Assembly: GCA_038883435.1 (NCBI GenBank)
Contig: JAVZMD010000001.1
Coordinates: 9,411 to 65,815, forward strand
Direction: 5' to 3'
From: Thermoproteota archaeon
GTDB taxonomy: Archaea; Thermoproteota; EX4484-205; JAAOZP01
Length of the DNA: 56,405 nucleotides
The notes under the pieces are model-generated. The model did not search any database and was not told the DNA's origin. It saw nothing but the letters and a program-made list of their open reading frames with translations. This document shows positions 8,101 through 17,239 of the stretch, one piece after another (within the stretch, counting starts at the first letter, position 1; every line of letters starts with the position of its first letter). The position numbers were made by a program, and so were the translations under genes.

Positions 8101-9426
8101 TCAGACTATCGTTGACTCATAAAACACCTGTTTTCCCTTTCCAACCTTCTTTATTAAACCAACCTTTTCAAGTTTAGATAAGTATCGTCTTATGCTTCTC
8201 TCAGAGAGCTTTAGGAGGAGCTCACAATCCTTCCTACTAACTGTTCTCCTACTCTTTATGAAATCGAAAAGCATCTTTTCGTTCTCGTTTAACTCCGATT
8301 CGAGAGATTTTAAGCTCCTTATCCATGTTTTGAAAAAACCCTTGCTTTGAGAAAATTCTGGATTTGGAAGCCCAGCGTTTCTAAGCAGTTTTATCATCTT
8401 GAGGGTTCCTGAACCCCATTCTTCGAAGTAACCCATGTAGAAGAACACTCGCGAAATCAACGGGTTCCTGGGGATTGAAGGGTGCTCCTTGCTCAAGTCT
8501 TCAATCTCTAAGGGTGGTGGGAGCTCCCCGGGGTTTTCGACAATAATCCCGAAATCGCCGATTTTAACTGAAATTGGCGAGTTTGAAAAATAGTCACGGT
8601 GAAGCACAGCATTAACCAAAGCCTCCCTTACTGCTTCAAGAGGATATTCCCAAGTTTCAACTCTCTCAAGGCCTCTAACCAAATATCCTTTCCCTATGTG
8701 TTTCTGTACGAACTCCATTGCTTCTTCAACTTGTCTTTGAATGGGGCCTTCAATTACAGCTTCATCCAAAGCCTCTTCATTCTTAAAATACCCGATTTTA
8801 ATTACCGCCTGAGGGAAATGAGACGAGCACTCTTCCGAAAAAAGTAGGACTGCGCCATTCCTAAGCTTCCCCCTATCCATAAGATTCAGTTTTTTAAGGA
8901 CGATAGTTGGCTCTGTGCTCTCAATCCTCATCCCTCTTCTTTCTCCAGCTTTCTTCAAAAAGTCTTCAATAAGCCTATTGCTTATTTCACATTCTCCTTC
9001 AAAGATTATAGAATCGAAAGAAACTTTATGCGAAACCAATTCTAGAATACCGTCTCTGTCAAGTCTTCTCGTAACCTTTTCCTTCCTTATGTAGCAAGCT
9101 CCGCGATAGAAATACGGCTTATTGAATCCTTCTTTAACATCAATCTTCAACACAAGTTTTCCTTGATGAGAAACTATCTGGAAATCAGGATATACTTTAG
9201 GCTCGATAAGCTGGTTAATGGAATTCTCAAAATCCTCTATTTCACCCTTTCTTAAATCCACTCCAATTACATTGCCTGAGTCATCAACACCAACAAGTAT
9301 CGTTCCACCGCGAGTATTAGAAAAAGCAGTTATAGTTTTCAGTATCTCGTCTTTTTCAGCCAGGCTTTTCTTGAACTCTAATTCAACGCCTTCTCCAGCT
9401 CTAATTAGGTCTTCTACTCCGGACAA
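8101..9426 (-). CDS. Schlafen/AlbA_2 domain - HATPase_c_4-like - C-terminal wHTH protein (COG2865-type putative transcriptional regulator)
   Basis: N-terminal GEGVELEFKKSL...ILKTITAFSNTRGGTILVGVDDSGNVIGV is typical of the AlbA_2 (divergent AAA/Schlafen) domain. The middle region has REALVNAVLHRDY. The C-terminal end has a wHTH-like segment RKDCELLLKLSERSIRRYLSKLEKVGLIKKVGKG. TTG start at 9426. Confidence 0.7.
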   Translation of the reverse strand: MSGVEDLIRAGEGVELEFKKSLAEKDEILKTITAFSNTRGGTILVGVDDSGNVIGVDLRKGEIEDFENSINQLIEPKVYPDFQIVSHQGKLVLKIDVKEGFNKPYFYRGACYIRKEKVTRRLDRDGILELVSHKVSFDSIIFEGECEISNRLIEDFLKKAGERRGMRIESTEPTIVLKKLNLMDRGKLRNGAVLLFSEECSSHFPQAVIKIGYFKNEEALDEAVIEGPIQRQVEEAMEFVQKHIGKGYLVRGLERVETWEYPLEAVREALVNAVLHRDYFSNSPISVKIGDFGIIVENPGELPPPLEIEDLSKEHPSIPRNPLISRVFFYMGYFEEWGSGTLKMIKLLRNAGLPNPEFSQSKGFFKTWIRSLKSLESELNENEKMLFDFIKSRRTVSRKDCELLLKLSERSIRRYLSKLEKVGLIKKVGKGKQVFYESTIV

Positions 9427-9494
9427 TTCCGGACACTGTCCACATAATTCATAAGTTTACTTATAAACATTCCGGACAATTCCGGACACTGTCC
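9418..9494. promoter_or_regulatory. Two identical 24-nt direct repeats (tccggacaattccggacactgtcc) bracketing a TATA-like box; candidate operator pair
   Basis: Copy 1 is at 9418-9441 and copy 2 at 9471-9494, with starts 53 nt apart. Each contains 2x TCCGGACA and the palindrome GGACAcTGTCC; copy 2 extends to CCGGACAcTGTCCGG. The 29-nt A/T-rich spacer reads tttataag on the minus strand (9460-9467), about 38 nt upstream of the TTG start at 9426. Confidence 0.5.
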
Positions 9495-10021
9495 GGCAAG
9501 TTCAATTCCTTTAAAATGATTTTTGGAAGACTATCCCTGTTCTCGAATGTTACGACATAGGTTTTAACACCTGCTTTAGACAATATGCTTTTGCAAAAAG
9601 AATCTTGAGAAGCCTTGTAGTGTATTGTTGCAATGGTCTTCTTTGGAGAGGAGAATACTCTGGAAACAGCTGTTTTGAAAGAATTGGAGTAGAGCTCCAT
9701 CGGCCCTATCTCATCGATGATAACAACCTCATCGCTACTCAGAGCGTTTTCAATAGCTTTAACGCCGACTCTCTCAATCTCAGCAAGGTTAACGCCGTAC
9801 TTCCCTACTCTGAGACCAGAAGTGTAGTTGATACTCGCCATAAGACCTTTCAAGCCTGTTTTCAAATCCTCAATTACAAACCCTGTTCTAACACCGCCCT
9901 CCCTAACCTCATAGGTTATCATACCCCCTACCGAGACATTTCTGCTTTTGAGGATATTGAAAATCTTGGAGACAATGGTTGTCTTGCCTATGCCCGGCCT
10001 CCCGGTTATAAGGATCTTCAA
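9461..10021 (-). CDS. THEP1-type nucleoside-triphosphatase
   Basis: MKILITGRPGIGKTT Walker A at the extreme N-terminus, VVIIDEIGPMEL Walker B, and about 180 aa length, all characteristic of the archaeal NTPase THEP1 family. The last 11 codons (PDSVRNCPECL) are encoded by repeat copy 2. Confidence 0.8.
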   Translation of the reverse strand: MKILITGRPGIGKTTIVSKIFNILKSRNVSVGGMITYEVREGGVRTGFVIEDLKTGLKGLMASINYTSGLRVGKYGVNLAEIERVGVKAIENALSSDEVVIIDEIGPMELYSNSFKTAVSRVFSSPKKTIATIHYKASQDSFCKSILSKAGVKTYVVTFENRDSLPKIILKELNLPDSVRNCPECL

Positions 10022-10025
10022 AAAG

Positions 10026-10625
10026 CTAGACCTCCAGTAACATCCCCTTTGGGCCAGGGTTTACGACAAGCGTGTTTCCAATTCTATCTGATAAGCCTGC
10101 TCTCTCATGAACATGGCCACATAGGCAGAGCAATGGAGACTCTTCTTCTATGAACCTCCTAAGCTCAACAGAGCCGATGTGCTCACCAGAGTGAGTAAGG
10201 TCTAGAGCAGTGTTGAAAGGCGGACTGTGGGATAGGAGGATAAGGTTCCTAGAGCCCTTGAAACCGGAGAGTATCTTCCTGAAACCGTCTTCATCCATTT
10301 CAAAGGGGGTTTTGAAAGGAGTGTAGAGACTCCCACCGACACCGGCGAAAGTAAATCCTTTAAATTCGACCTTCCTTCCATGGACAAAGATAAGCCCCTT
10401 GGCAATAGCCTTCTTCCCCAATTCTTCAGGAGACTCATTATTCCCAGGTATTATCATCACATGATCGTTTAGACTCCTAAGGCTTTCCAAAGCAACATCC
10501 AAGCCCCTGTTGAAAACAGTGATGTCGCCAAGGCAGATGGCGGCGTCGACATCTCTAGATTTTTGAAAAGCTTCTTCAAGTAAGTTGAGCTTCAAGTGCA
10601 AGTCTGAGCATGCGAACAGCCTCAA
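10026..10625 (-). CDS. Calcineurin-like metallophosphoesterase
   Basis: Motifs SDLH, GDITVF (GD), IPGNNE (GNHE-like), LLSHSPP and CGHVHE, in canonical order. Confidence 0.75.
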   Translation of the reverse strand: MRLFACSDLHLKLNLLEEAFQKSRDVDAAICLGDITVFNRGLDVALESLRSLNDHVMIIPGNNESPEELGKKAIAKGLIFVHGRKVEFKGFTFAGVGGSLYTPFKTPFEMDEDGFRKILSGFKGSRNLILLSHSPPFNTALDLTHSGEHIGSVELRRFIEEESPLLCLCGHVHERAGLSDRIGNTLVVNPGPKGMLLEV

Positions 10626-10681
10626 ACCATAGGGTTCTTCCTAAAACTCGCTTTTATGCTTTTAACATCGGGCAAGAATAC

Positions 10682-11170
10682 CTAAGGAAGTTGAACAGTC
10701 ATTTTATAATCGATATTGTTTGAAGAACGGAAGCTCAGGCTAATAGTCACACCGCTTGTTAAAACCCCTCCCCCGCATGAAGCACCCAATGGGAGCGTGA
10801 GGTCTACGTCGACATTCACGCCAGTATTCAATGGTATGGGAAAACTGTTTCCAGACTCGCCGTTTTCAGAAACCCAAGAGAGAAAAGCCCCCTCTATATC
10901 TTCAAGCGGGACATTGTTTACTAGAACAGTACTGACTCGAGCTAATGATCCTCCAATATTTTTCAAACGTGTCCTTATTTTGAACGATCCTCCTTCCAAA
11001 CTGCATCCCTGTAAGCCTGCTTCTATCTTCTCATAGCTCGCAAACGATCCTACTAAACCAGTTACCCACAGCATGACGGCTATCGCAATAGCTATCCCAA
11101 CAGCCGTTATGATTACTGCCGTGATAACTGGGCTTATTCCTCTTTTATTACTTAAAGGGGTAGGGGGCAA
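10682..11170 (-). CDS. Archaeal type IV pilin (class III signal peptide, pilin paralogue 1)
   Basis: N-terminus ...NKRG|ISPVITAVIITAVGIAIAIAVMLWVTGLVG is the archaeal pilin/flagellin N-terminal domain pattern. It is 162 aa with a beta-rich C-terminal part. The N-terminal 45 aa are near-identical to 13811-14287. Confidence 0.8.
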   Translation of the reverse strand: MPPTPLSNKRGISPVITAVIITAVGIAIAIAVMLWVTGLVGSFASYEKIEAGLQGCSLEGGSFKIRTRLKNIGGSLARVSTVLVNNVPLEDIEGAFLSWVSENGESGNSFPIPLNTGVNVDVDLTLPLGASCGGGVLTSGVTISLSFRSSNNIDYKMTVQLP

Positions 11171-11253
11171 ACTTAGTATAAGGGTAGAGTAAAAAGGTTT
11201 TAAATTTTTTTAACATGAATAAAGCAATCTTGTTAATAGTTAATTAAATGACA

Positions 11254-12036
11254 TTATCTTCCAAGTATGACTCTAACTATTACAAGTGCTAGTTGCAAGA
11301 GAATATCTCCGTATACTAGGCGTATAGCAAGGCCGAGCAATATTAAAACTTGAAGTGGTATTAGGAAGCTGGTGAAAACGTAATCCTCATCCTTAAAGCC
11401 CCTAACAGCCCCCTCCCTGAAATCTTCAATGAACACTATCCTTCTAACACCGCGTCTACTATACTTCTCAGCCAGTACAAACTTAGAAGGGTTTGAACGG
11501 CAATGCGAGAACCTTATCTTCATCAACAGGAATAATGCGAAAAACCTCCGATGAAGTCCCTCTTCTTCCAATCCCTTAAAAAGCTCAACACCCCTTATCT
11601 TCATGGAAATATTCCAGAGGAAGTTGAAAACAGGGAATATCAGGCTAAGTATTAAAGCATTGTTTAAAGCGGAAAGCGGTTCGGTAAGCCTCCCCATGCT
11701 AAGCTCAACCATGAAGCCAGTTATGGAAGTAGGATACATTATGCTTAGGCATATCAATGATTTTGCGTCGGCACCGCCGAAGGCGCCTGCGAAAGCACCA
11801 AGATAGTATAAAGCTATGAAAAGCGCCGATTGCACCCCTGCAAACAGGGCCCAGCCTAAAATATCAACAAACCCTTCTAAAACCCCGGCTAGGTTTATGA
11901 ACAGGGCTAAGGCTATGAACACCATCCAAACACGGTTATCTATCTCCCTCTTCTTAACATCTTGAAAAGAGCTTATTGAAAGGAGAATTATTGAAACTAC
12001 GCTCCTAGCGTAGTAAAGCGTATACTCGTCAAGCAA
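11254..12036 (-). CDS. A24-family prepilin/preflagellin peptidase (PibD/FlaK-like)
   Basis: Polytopic membrane protein with SSFQDVKKREIDN (first Asp) and AFGGADAKSL (GxGD-type second Asp). The TTG start lies 1 nt after the ATPase stop, consistent with translational coupling. Confidence 0.8.
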   Translation of the reverse strand: MLDEYTLYYARSVVSIILLSISSFQDVKKREIDNRVWMVFIALALFINLAGVLEGFVDILGWALFAGVQSALFIALYYLGAFAGAFGGADAKSLICLSIMYPTSITGFMVELSMGRLTEPLSALNNALILSLIFPVFNFLWNISMKIRGVELFKGLEEEGLHRRFFALFLLMKIRFSHCRSNPSKFVLAEKYSRRGVRRIVFIEDFREGAVRGFKDEDYVFTSFLIPLQVLILLGLAIRLVYGDILLQLALVIVRVILGR

Positions 12037-12037
12037 T

Positions 12038-13663
12038 TCATCTCAGTTTAGACAGGACCTCAGCTCTCTTAACGTGGAACTCCGTGACCACTCTGGCCAC
12101 GTCCCTGAAGTGAGTAATATTGTTAGCCATCATCCACCTTATAACGCTCTCCCTAACCTGAAGCTCCCTGACATACCAGTCTGGAGGCATGCCTGATTTA
12201 CGGCAGATATTCGGAAGGTGAACGGACTTGCTGAAGTCGATTTCGAAAGTGTCTTCAACAGGGTTCCATGATGCCACGTTTATCCTATTGCCCTCAGGGT
12301 CAAGCTCCCAGACCTGCCTAACCCTCCTTCCAAACGGCACACCCGCCTTCTTAGGCAAGACAACCCTCTCGACGAGGACTGCAACGTTCATCAGCGGGAT
12401 ATAGGATTCAGCGATGTTCATCGGCGGGCTCGTCATCCTTTTGATAGCGTACTCGATGTTCTCTGCGTGTACTGTACTCAAGCCACCGTGGCCAGTAGCC
12501 ATCGCCTGGAACATGACGAATGCTTCAGCACCCCTGATCTCGCCGACGATCAGGTAGTCAGGCCTGTATCTCAGAGAGGTCTTGACGAGGTCGAACATTG
12601 TTATCTCACCTATCTTAGACGTTCCAAGGCCATAGCTCTCCCTAGTGACGAACTGAACCCAGTTATCGTGCGGTATATTAAGCTCAGCCGTCTCCTCTAC
12701 GGTAACTATCTTGAGACCGGGTCTGAAAAGATTGGTTAAAGCATTCAGGAAAGAAGTCTTACCAGCACCCGTACCGCCTATGATTATGATCGTAAGCCTA
12801 TTATCAAGGATGAACCAGAAGTATGCTGCGAGAGCAGGGCTTAACGAACCCAGGTTGATAAGGTCGATGACGCTGAAAGGCTCCTCCCTGAACTTCCTGA
12901 TGGTGAACGTTGAGCCGAAGGTAGAGACCTCGTCACCATAGGTTGCGGCAAGCCTGTGCTTACCAGGCAGCATAGCGTCAACAATCGGGAATGCTGCACT
13001 AATATGCTTCCCAGCAAAATGCGCCAGCTTAATTATGAAATCGTTGAAATACCCCTTGTCCATTATCTTAAGATTGGACGGTAAGCTCTCATACCTCTTA
13101 TGCCAGACGTAAATAGGCTTGTTAACACCATCACAGGAAATGTCCTCAATATTCTTATCCTCGATAATTGGGTTTATAGGGCCGTAGCCTATGAGGTCCC
13201 TCCTAATGTAGTACTCTATCTTCTGAATAGACTCTTGGTTGAGAGAGCCTAGAACCCCCTTATACTTCTTCATAAGCCTCCTAGCCTCTTCGAAAACATG
13301 CCTCCTAGCTTCAACAGACATGTCCTCAGGCGGGCGGAGCTCCCTGCTGAGAATATCCTGAAGCTTCTCGAAAGCACTCTTCTCCTGCTTAGTCAAAGTA
13401 ATCTCGTCGATGAAATAACCCTTCTGACCACCCCTGCCAGGTATGGGCGCTATAACAATCTTAACGAAAGGCTCCTCAATCCAGTAGACGTCTACGAAGT
13501 CGACACCAGTGGGGAGAGGCTCGAGAACATATTCGACAACCTCCCTCTCCTCCTTCTTCTTTTTCTTCTCCTCAGGCTTAGCCTCTTTCACAGGAGGCGG
13601 GACAGTCTTAGCCTCAGCCACAGCGGGATTAGACTTGTTCTCCTCGGCCTTCGCAGAGCTCAT
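12038..13663 (-). CDS. Type II/IV secretion-family ATPase (FlaI/PilB/VirB11-like pilus assembly ATPase)
   Basis: Walker A IIIGGTGAGKTSFLNAL, Asp box/Walker B PDYLIVGEIRGAEA, His box MATGHGGLSTVHA. It has a Lys/Glu-rich low-complexity N-terminal extension (PEEKKKKKEERE). Confidence 0.9.
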   Translation of the reverse strand: MSSAKAEENKSNPAVAEAKTVPPPVKEAKPEEKKKKKEEREVVEYVLEPLPTGVDFVDVYWIEEPFVKIVIAPIPGRGGQKGYFIDEITLTKQEKSAFEKLQDILSRELRPPEDMSVEARRHVFEEARRLMKKYKGVLGSLNQESIQKIEYYIRRDLIGYGPINPIIEDKNIEDISCDGVNKPIYVWHKRYESLPSNLKIMDKGYFNDFIIKLAHFAGKHISAAFPIVDAMLPGKHRLAATYGDEVSTFGSTFTIRKFREEPFSVIDLINLGSLSPALAAYFWFILDNRLTIIIIGGTGAGKTSFLNALTNLFRPGLKIVTVEETAELNIPHDNWVQFVTRESYGLGTSKIGEITMFDLVKTSLRYRPDYLIVGEIRGAEAFVMFQAMATGHGGLSTVHAENIEYAIKRMTSPPMNIAESYIPLMNVAVLVERVVLPKKAGVPFGRRVRQVWELDPEGNRINVASWNPVEDTFEIDFSKSVHLPNICRKSGMPPDWYVRELQVRESVIRWMMANNITHFRDVARVVTEFHVKRAEVLSKLR

Positions 13664-13810
13664 TCAAAGACTTTAAACACAGGCAGGGCTTATAAAGTTT
13701 GTCAACAAAACCGGGTTAAAACTGAAAATAGTTTACGGGTTGAAACATCGTTAAATAATAAACAGTAAAATGATGTTTTTAAAATAAAAAAAAACAGGGG
13801 AAACAGGAGC

Positions 13811-14287
13811 CTAAGGCAGAACCACGCTGGTGAAGTATTCTTTCCCACCGGTCGAGTGGAGCTTAATAGTCACAGTTACGCCTGCGTTAAGAGTCTGGCT
13901 GCCTGAGCTAGCACCAGCGGTTATTGTTATATTTGCCTGTTTTTGTGTTCCAACAGGCGCGTCCCAATACTGGTTAGGAGGACTTATCGGAGGATCTGGT
14001 GTTATACCCTGCCATCCGTCAAAGGGAATATTGTTGATGAAAACATTGTCTATCTTGGCTGGTGTGGAGCCAGTGTTTATGTAGGTAATTCTAATTACCC
14101 ATCCTCCTCCTTGTTGTTGAGGATCGGCGTACGCGCTCCTTATCTCAACCTTCTCATAGCCCATGAATGCTCCAACCAATCCTGTCATCCATAGTGCTAC
14201 CGCTATGGCTATTGTTATGCCTACTGCGACGATGATTACTGTTGTGATAACTGGGCTTATACCCCTCCTGTCTTTCAGAAGCCTCAA
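13811..14287 (-). CDS. Archaeal type IV pilin (class III signal peptide, pilin paralogue 2)
   Basis: MRLLKDRRG|ISPVITTVIIVAVGITIAIAVALWMTGLVG, 158 aa. It ends ...TSVVLP, like the paralogue (...MTVQLP). TTG start preceded by gaggtga. Confidence 0.8.
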   Translation of the reverse strand: MRLLKDRRGISPVITTVIIVAVGITIAIAVALWMTGLVGAFMGYEKVEIRSAYADPQQQGGGWVIRITYINTGSTPAKIDNVFINNIPFDGWQGITPDPPISPPNQYWDAPVGTQKQANITITAGASSGSQTLNAGVTVTIKLHSTGGKEYFTSVVLP

Positions 14288-14659
14288 ACCATGTTCACCT
14301 CTCCGCGTGTTTTAACAAACGTTAAATTAGTATTTAAGTGTTTTTAATGCATGGAAAATACTTACGACGAACTATATACCTTCACTTTTTTCTTCCTGTT
14401 CACGACATTTTGTCTCGCAACGAATGCTGGAGAATGAGCAATTTTTCAGTTTAAATCTGTTTTTAAAAGTTTTTAAAGATTCAATTTTCCCATTTCATCC
14501 TGTTGTTTTTCTAATGATTAGAATTGTGAGTATCTGCACGCTTTCTGTTAACACTCGTCTTGTTTAAACCCTGCTTGTTCTAAAATGATTTTTACCATAT
14601 AATTGTTAATGAAAATTGAAAAAGAATATAAAGGGTTTCAAAGATTCTAATATTAAGGT
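14288..14659. promoter_or_regulatory. 372-nt A/T-rich divergent intergenic region between pilin (minus) and platform operon (plus); presumed bidirectional promoter region
   Basis: Seen in the sequence: no ORF of 60 aa or more, and many A/T-rich TATA-like strings (tttaaatc, tttttaaaag, tttaaag, aatataaag). Exact promoters are not assignable without transcript data. Confidence 0.4.
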
Positions 14660-16468
14660 TTGTCGCTTACCGGGTTTGCTACGATGATGTTCGGCTCCCT
14701 GGGGGATGCTGTTGCAAAGCTCTGCGGAGACCTTGAGGCGTCTGGCATAAGGCTCTACCCCCGGGCATACGGCTCTCTTGTTCTATTCGCAACATTCATG
14801 ACAATCATAGTCTCAGTCATCCTATCGAGTTTCTTCGTAGTCGGCTACACGTTCTTCTCCATAAGGCTGGGTATCTTCGGGGAGATTTTCATCATACCGG
14901 CTTTGATAATGAGCCTGCCTGCGATAGTTTTCCTCATAGGTATTGGTTGGCCTAGGATGAAGGTCTCAGGCATAAGCTCATCCCTCTCTTCAGAGGTTCC
15001 CTATGCTGCAGCGTATACCGCGGTGATGTCTACTGGAGGAATCTCACCCTATGCCAGCATTATGAGGCTTTCAAGGGTACCGTTGTTGCCGACTTTCTCT
15101 AAGACTGCGAAGCTGCTCGACCTGATGGTTAGAGGCTTGGGTTATGACCCTGTTACCGCTTTGGAGGAGATTGGTAAGAAGCTTCCCTCTAAGGATTTTA
15201 GGGAGCTCTTGCTGGGCTATGCTTCAACGCTTAAGACTGGTGGCGACGTTGTCCATTATTTGCTTCGAAGAACAGAGTTGCTTTTCCAAGAGAGGCTTGA
15301 GAACCTTAAGATGATAGGCGGCAGGCTTGGTCAGATAATGGAGGTATACATGGTTATAGCGCTCCTCCTACTACTCGGCATCTACACGATCTACGCTGTC
15401 CAACTCTCCGTCGGAGAACTTTTGGGTGGTGGTGGAGGCTTCTTCGGAAGCGTCTACGGCTTCATGCTTTTCAGCTACGTTTTCCTACCCTTCATCTCCC
15501 TCATCTTCCTCTGGATGATCGACGTTGTCCAACCTAAGTATCCGATGGAGGACAATTCTCCCTATGTTGTTTTCGCAGCCACGGGATTGCCGATACTTGC
15601 GATACTTGTTCCAAGCTTCTACCTCTCGTTCATCATGCCGGGCTTGAGGATAATCCCCGTCTTCGATATTCTAGCTAGAATAATGGAGAGATTGGTAACT
15701 CTCCTTGGTCTTGAAAAGGGCTACGAGCCCACTATCGGTCTTACGCTAACTCTCATGATAGCAACTATTCCAGCAATGGCTTACAGGATTGGGATAAGCA
15801 TTAGGGAGAAGGGTATGGATATTGGCTTCTCAGGCTTCTTGAGAGATCTTGTTGAAATCAGGAAGTCCGGCTTAAGCCCTGAGAAGTGTATAATCAACCT
15901 TTCAGAGAGGAACTACGGTAAGTTATCAAAGCATATTAAGACAATGGCTACTCAGATCTCCTGGGGCATAAGCCACTCTAAGATATACGAGACCTTCTCA
16001 AAGCATGTCAGGTCTTGGTTGACTAAGATAAGCATGTTCCTACTGTTGGACGCTATCGAGGTCGGTGGTGGAACACCTGAGACGCTTGAGACGCTTGCGC
16101 AATTCAACGAGTCTATTATACTCATGGAGAAGGAGAAGAGGAGCGAGCTTAAACCATTGCTCTCAATACCCTACATAGGGACTGGTGTATTGGTTATAAC
16201 GGTCATAGCCTTGTTAACATTTTTCAGATCCATGCTTCTAATGGCTGGCAGGTCCATGGCATTCGTCGACATATTGCACCTGCTATTGCCTCCTGTGATA
16301 ATCCACGTTTACATGATGGGCCTCGTAGGGGGTAAGATAGCCTACGGAGAGGTCTCTCAGGGCTTCCTCCACTCATTCCTCTTGCTAATCTTCACACTCG
16401 TCACGATAATCCTCTCGCCTTACTACTCTTTCGCACCTGTGCCAACGGGCGGGGGGACGATTGGTTAA
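14660..16468 (+). CDS. FlaJ/TadC/GspF-family polytopic platform protein of the type IV pilus-like machinery
   Basis: 602 aa with alternating clusters of TM helices and two cytoplasmic helical domains (a duplicated T2SSF-like architecture). It sits opposite the ATPase/peptidase arm. Confidence 0.85.
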   Translation: MSLTGFATMMFGSLGDAVAKLCGDLEASGIRLYPRAYGSLVLFATFMTIIVSVILSSFFVVGYTFFSIRLGIFGEIFIIPALIMSLPAIVFLIGIGWPRMKVSGISSSLSSEVPYAAAYTAVMSTGGISPYASIMRLSRVPLLPTFSKTAKLLDLMVRGLGYDPVTALEEIGKKLPSKDFRELLLGYASTLKTGGDVVHYLLRRTELLFQERLENLKMIGGRLGQIMEVYMVIALLLLLGIYTIYAVQLSVGELLGGGGGFFGSVYGFMLFSYVFLPFISLIFLWMIDVVQPKYPMEDNSPYVVFAATGLPILAILVPSFYLSFIMPGLRIIPVFDILARIMERLVTLLGLEKGYEPTIGLTLTLMIATIPAMAYRIGISIREKGMDIGFSGFLRDLVEIRKSGLSPEKCIINLSERNYGKLSKHIKTMATQISWGISHSKIYETFSKHVRSWLTKISMFLLLDAIEVGGGTPETLETLAQFNESIILMEKEKRSELKPLLSIPYIGTGVLVITVIALLTFFRSMLLMAGRSMAFVDILHLLLPPVIIHVYMMGLVGGKIAYGEVSQGFLHSFLLLIFTLVTIILSPYYSFAPVPTGGGTIG

Positions 16469-17234
16469 GCTAATAAAAGATGGTAGAGGAATATCCGACG
16501 CCATAGTGACAACCATACTTTTTGCTACGTTCATAACGATATGTGTTTCAGCGCTCTTCTACGCTCAGCTCAATCTCACTATACAGAGCGAGCAGGTGGA
16601 TTTGGAGAATGCTAAGAGGAGCATGATCAGCCTAGCCGATACTATTTCAAGTTTAGGCAAAAAGGGTCAGGCAGCGTACGTTAAACTATCTTCGAAAACC
16701 GGAGGACTATGGGTTACTAGAGAAAGTAGGATCAGGATAAGAATCGGAGGCGAAACCTACGAGTACGATCTCACGTTATTAAAGTTCAGGAGTAACGCCC
16801 CCTCCGGAGGATTCCAGGTCTTCAAGGGTCTTCAAAACTACAATCCGGCTGATTTTTTAATAGTCAGCCCCGACTCACCAGGCCCCTTGGGGTGGGTTTA
16901 CCTAAACCGCTCCTATGGAGCATGGATAATAGTCGACTTTGGAAGGGTTAGAATAGTGCCAACTGGAAAGATTAGCGTTCAGGGGAGTAACTACACGGTG
17001 GTTGACGTAACATACTTCAACATAGTTCCAGGGTCTTTCAGCGGAACAGACGTTTTCAACGTATGCGTGAAAGTAAGGGATGTTAAGGTTGAAACAATAT
17101 ATACTGCCCCATCTGCTAGGATAACTGTTGAAAGGGGAGTGTACAGTAAATCGTACGATATCCCTTATGAGAATGATGTTCAGGGGGCCATAGTTTTCCT
17201 AAACATTGTGGAGGTTGAGGTTTCAACGGGGTGA
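16461..17234 (+). CDS. Pilin-like protein with class III signal peptide, uncharacterised (paralogue A)
   Basis: MVKLIKDGRG|ISDAIVTTILFATFITICVSALFYAQLNLTIQSEQ. It overlaps the platform gene by 8 nt. It is clearly paralogous to 17240-18157 (blocks QLNLT[IM]QSEQ, ENAK, GAWII[VI]DFGRVR, YFNI, VEVS). Confidence 0.7.
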   Translation: MVKLIKDGRGISDAIVTTILFATFITICVSALFYAQLNLTIQSEQVDLENAKRSMISLADTISSLGKKGQAAYVKLSSKTGGLWVTRESRIRIRIGGETYEYDLTLLKFRSNAPSGGFQVFKGLQNYNPADFLIVSPDSPGPLGWVYLNRSYGAWIIVDFGRVRIVPTGKISVQGSNYTVVDVTYFNIVPGSFSGTDVFNVCVKVRDVKVETIYTAPSARITVERGVYSKSYDIPYENDVQGAIVFLNIVEVEVSTG

Positions 17235-17239
17235 CGTAA

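Noticed and set aside
9605-10153. 182-aa plus-strand ORF spanning the NTPase and metallophosphoesterase genes
   Set aside because: It is antisense to two genes with clear Walker and phosphoesterase motifs and crosses their junction. It has no motif of its own.
13298-13768. 156-aa plus-strand ORF over the 5' end of the pilus ATPase
   Set aside because: It is antisense to the ATPase N-terminal low-complexity region. Its Leu/Arg-rich sequence is consistent with a mirror-frame artefact.
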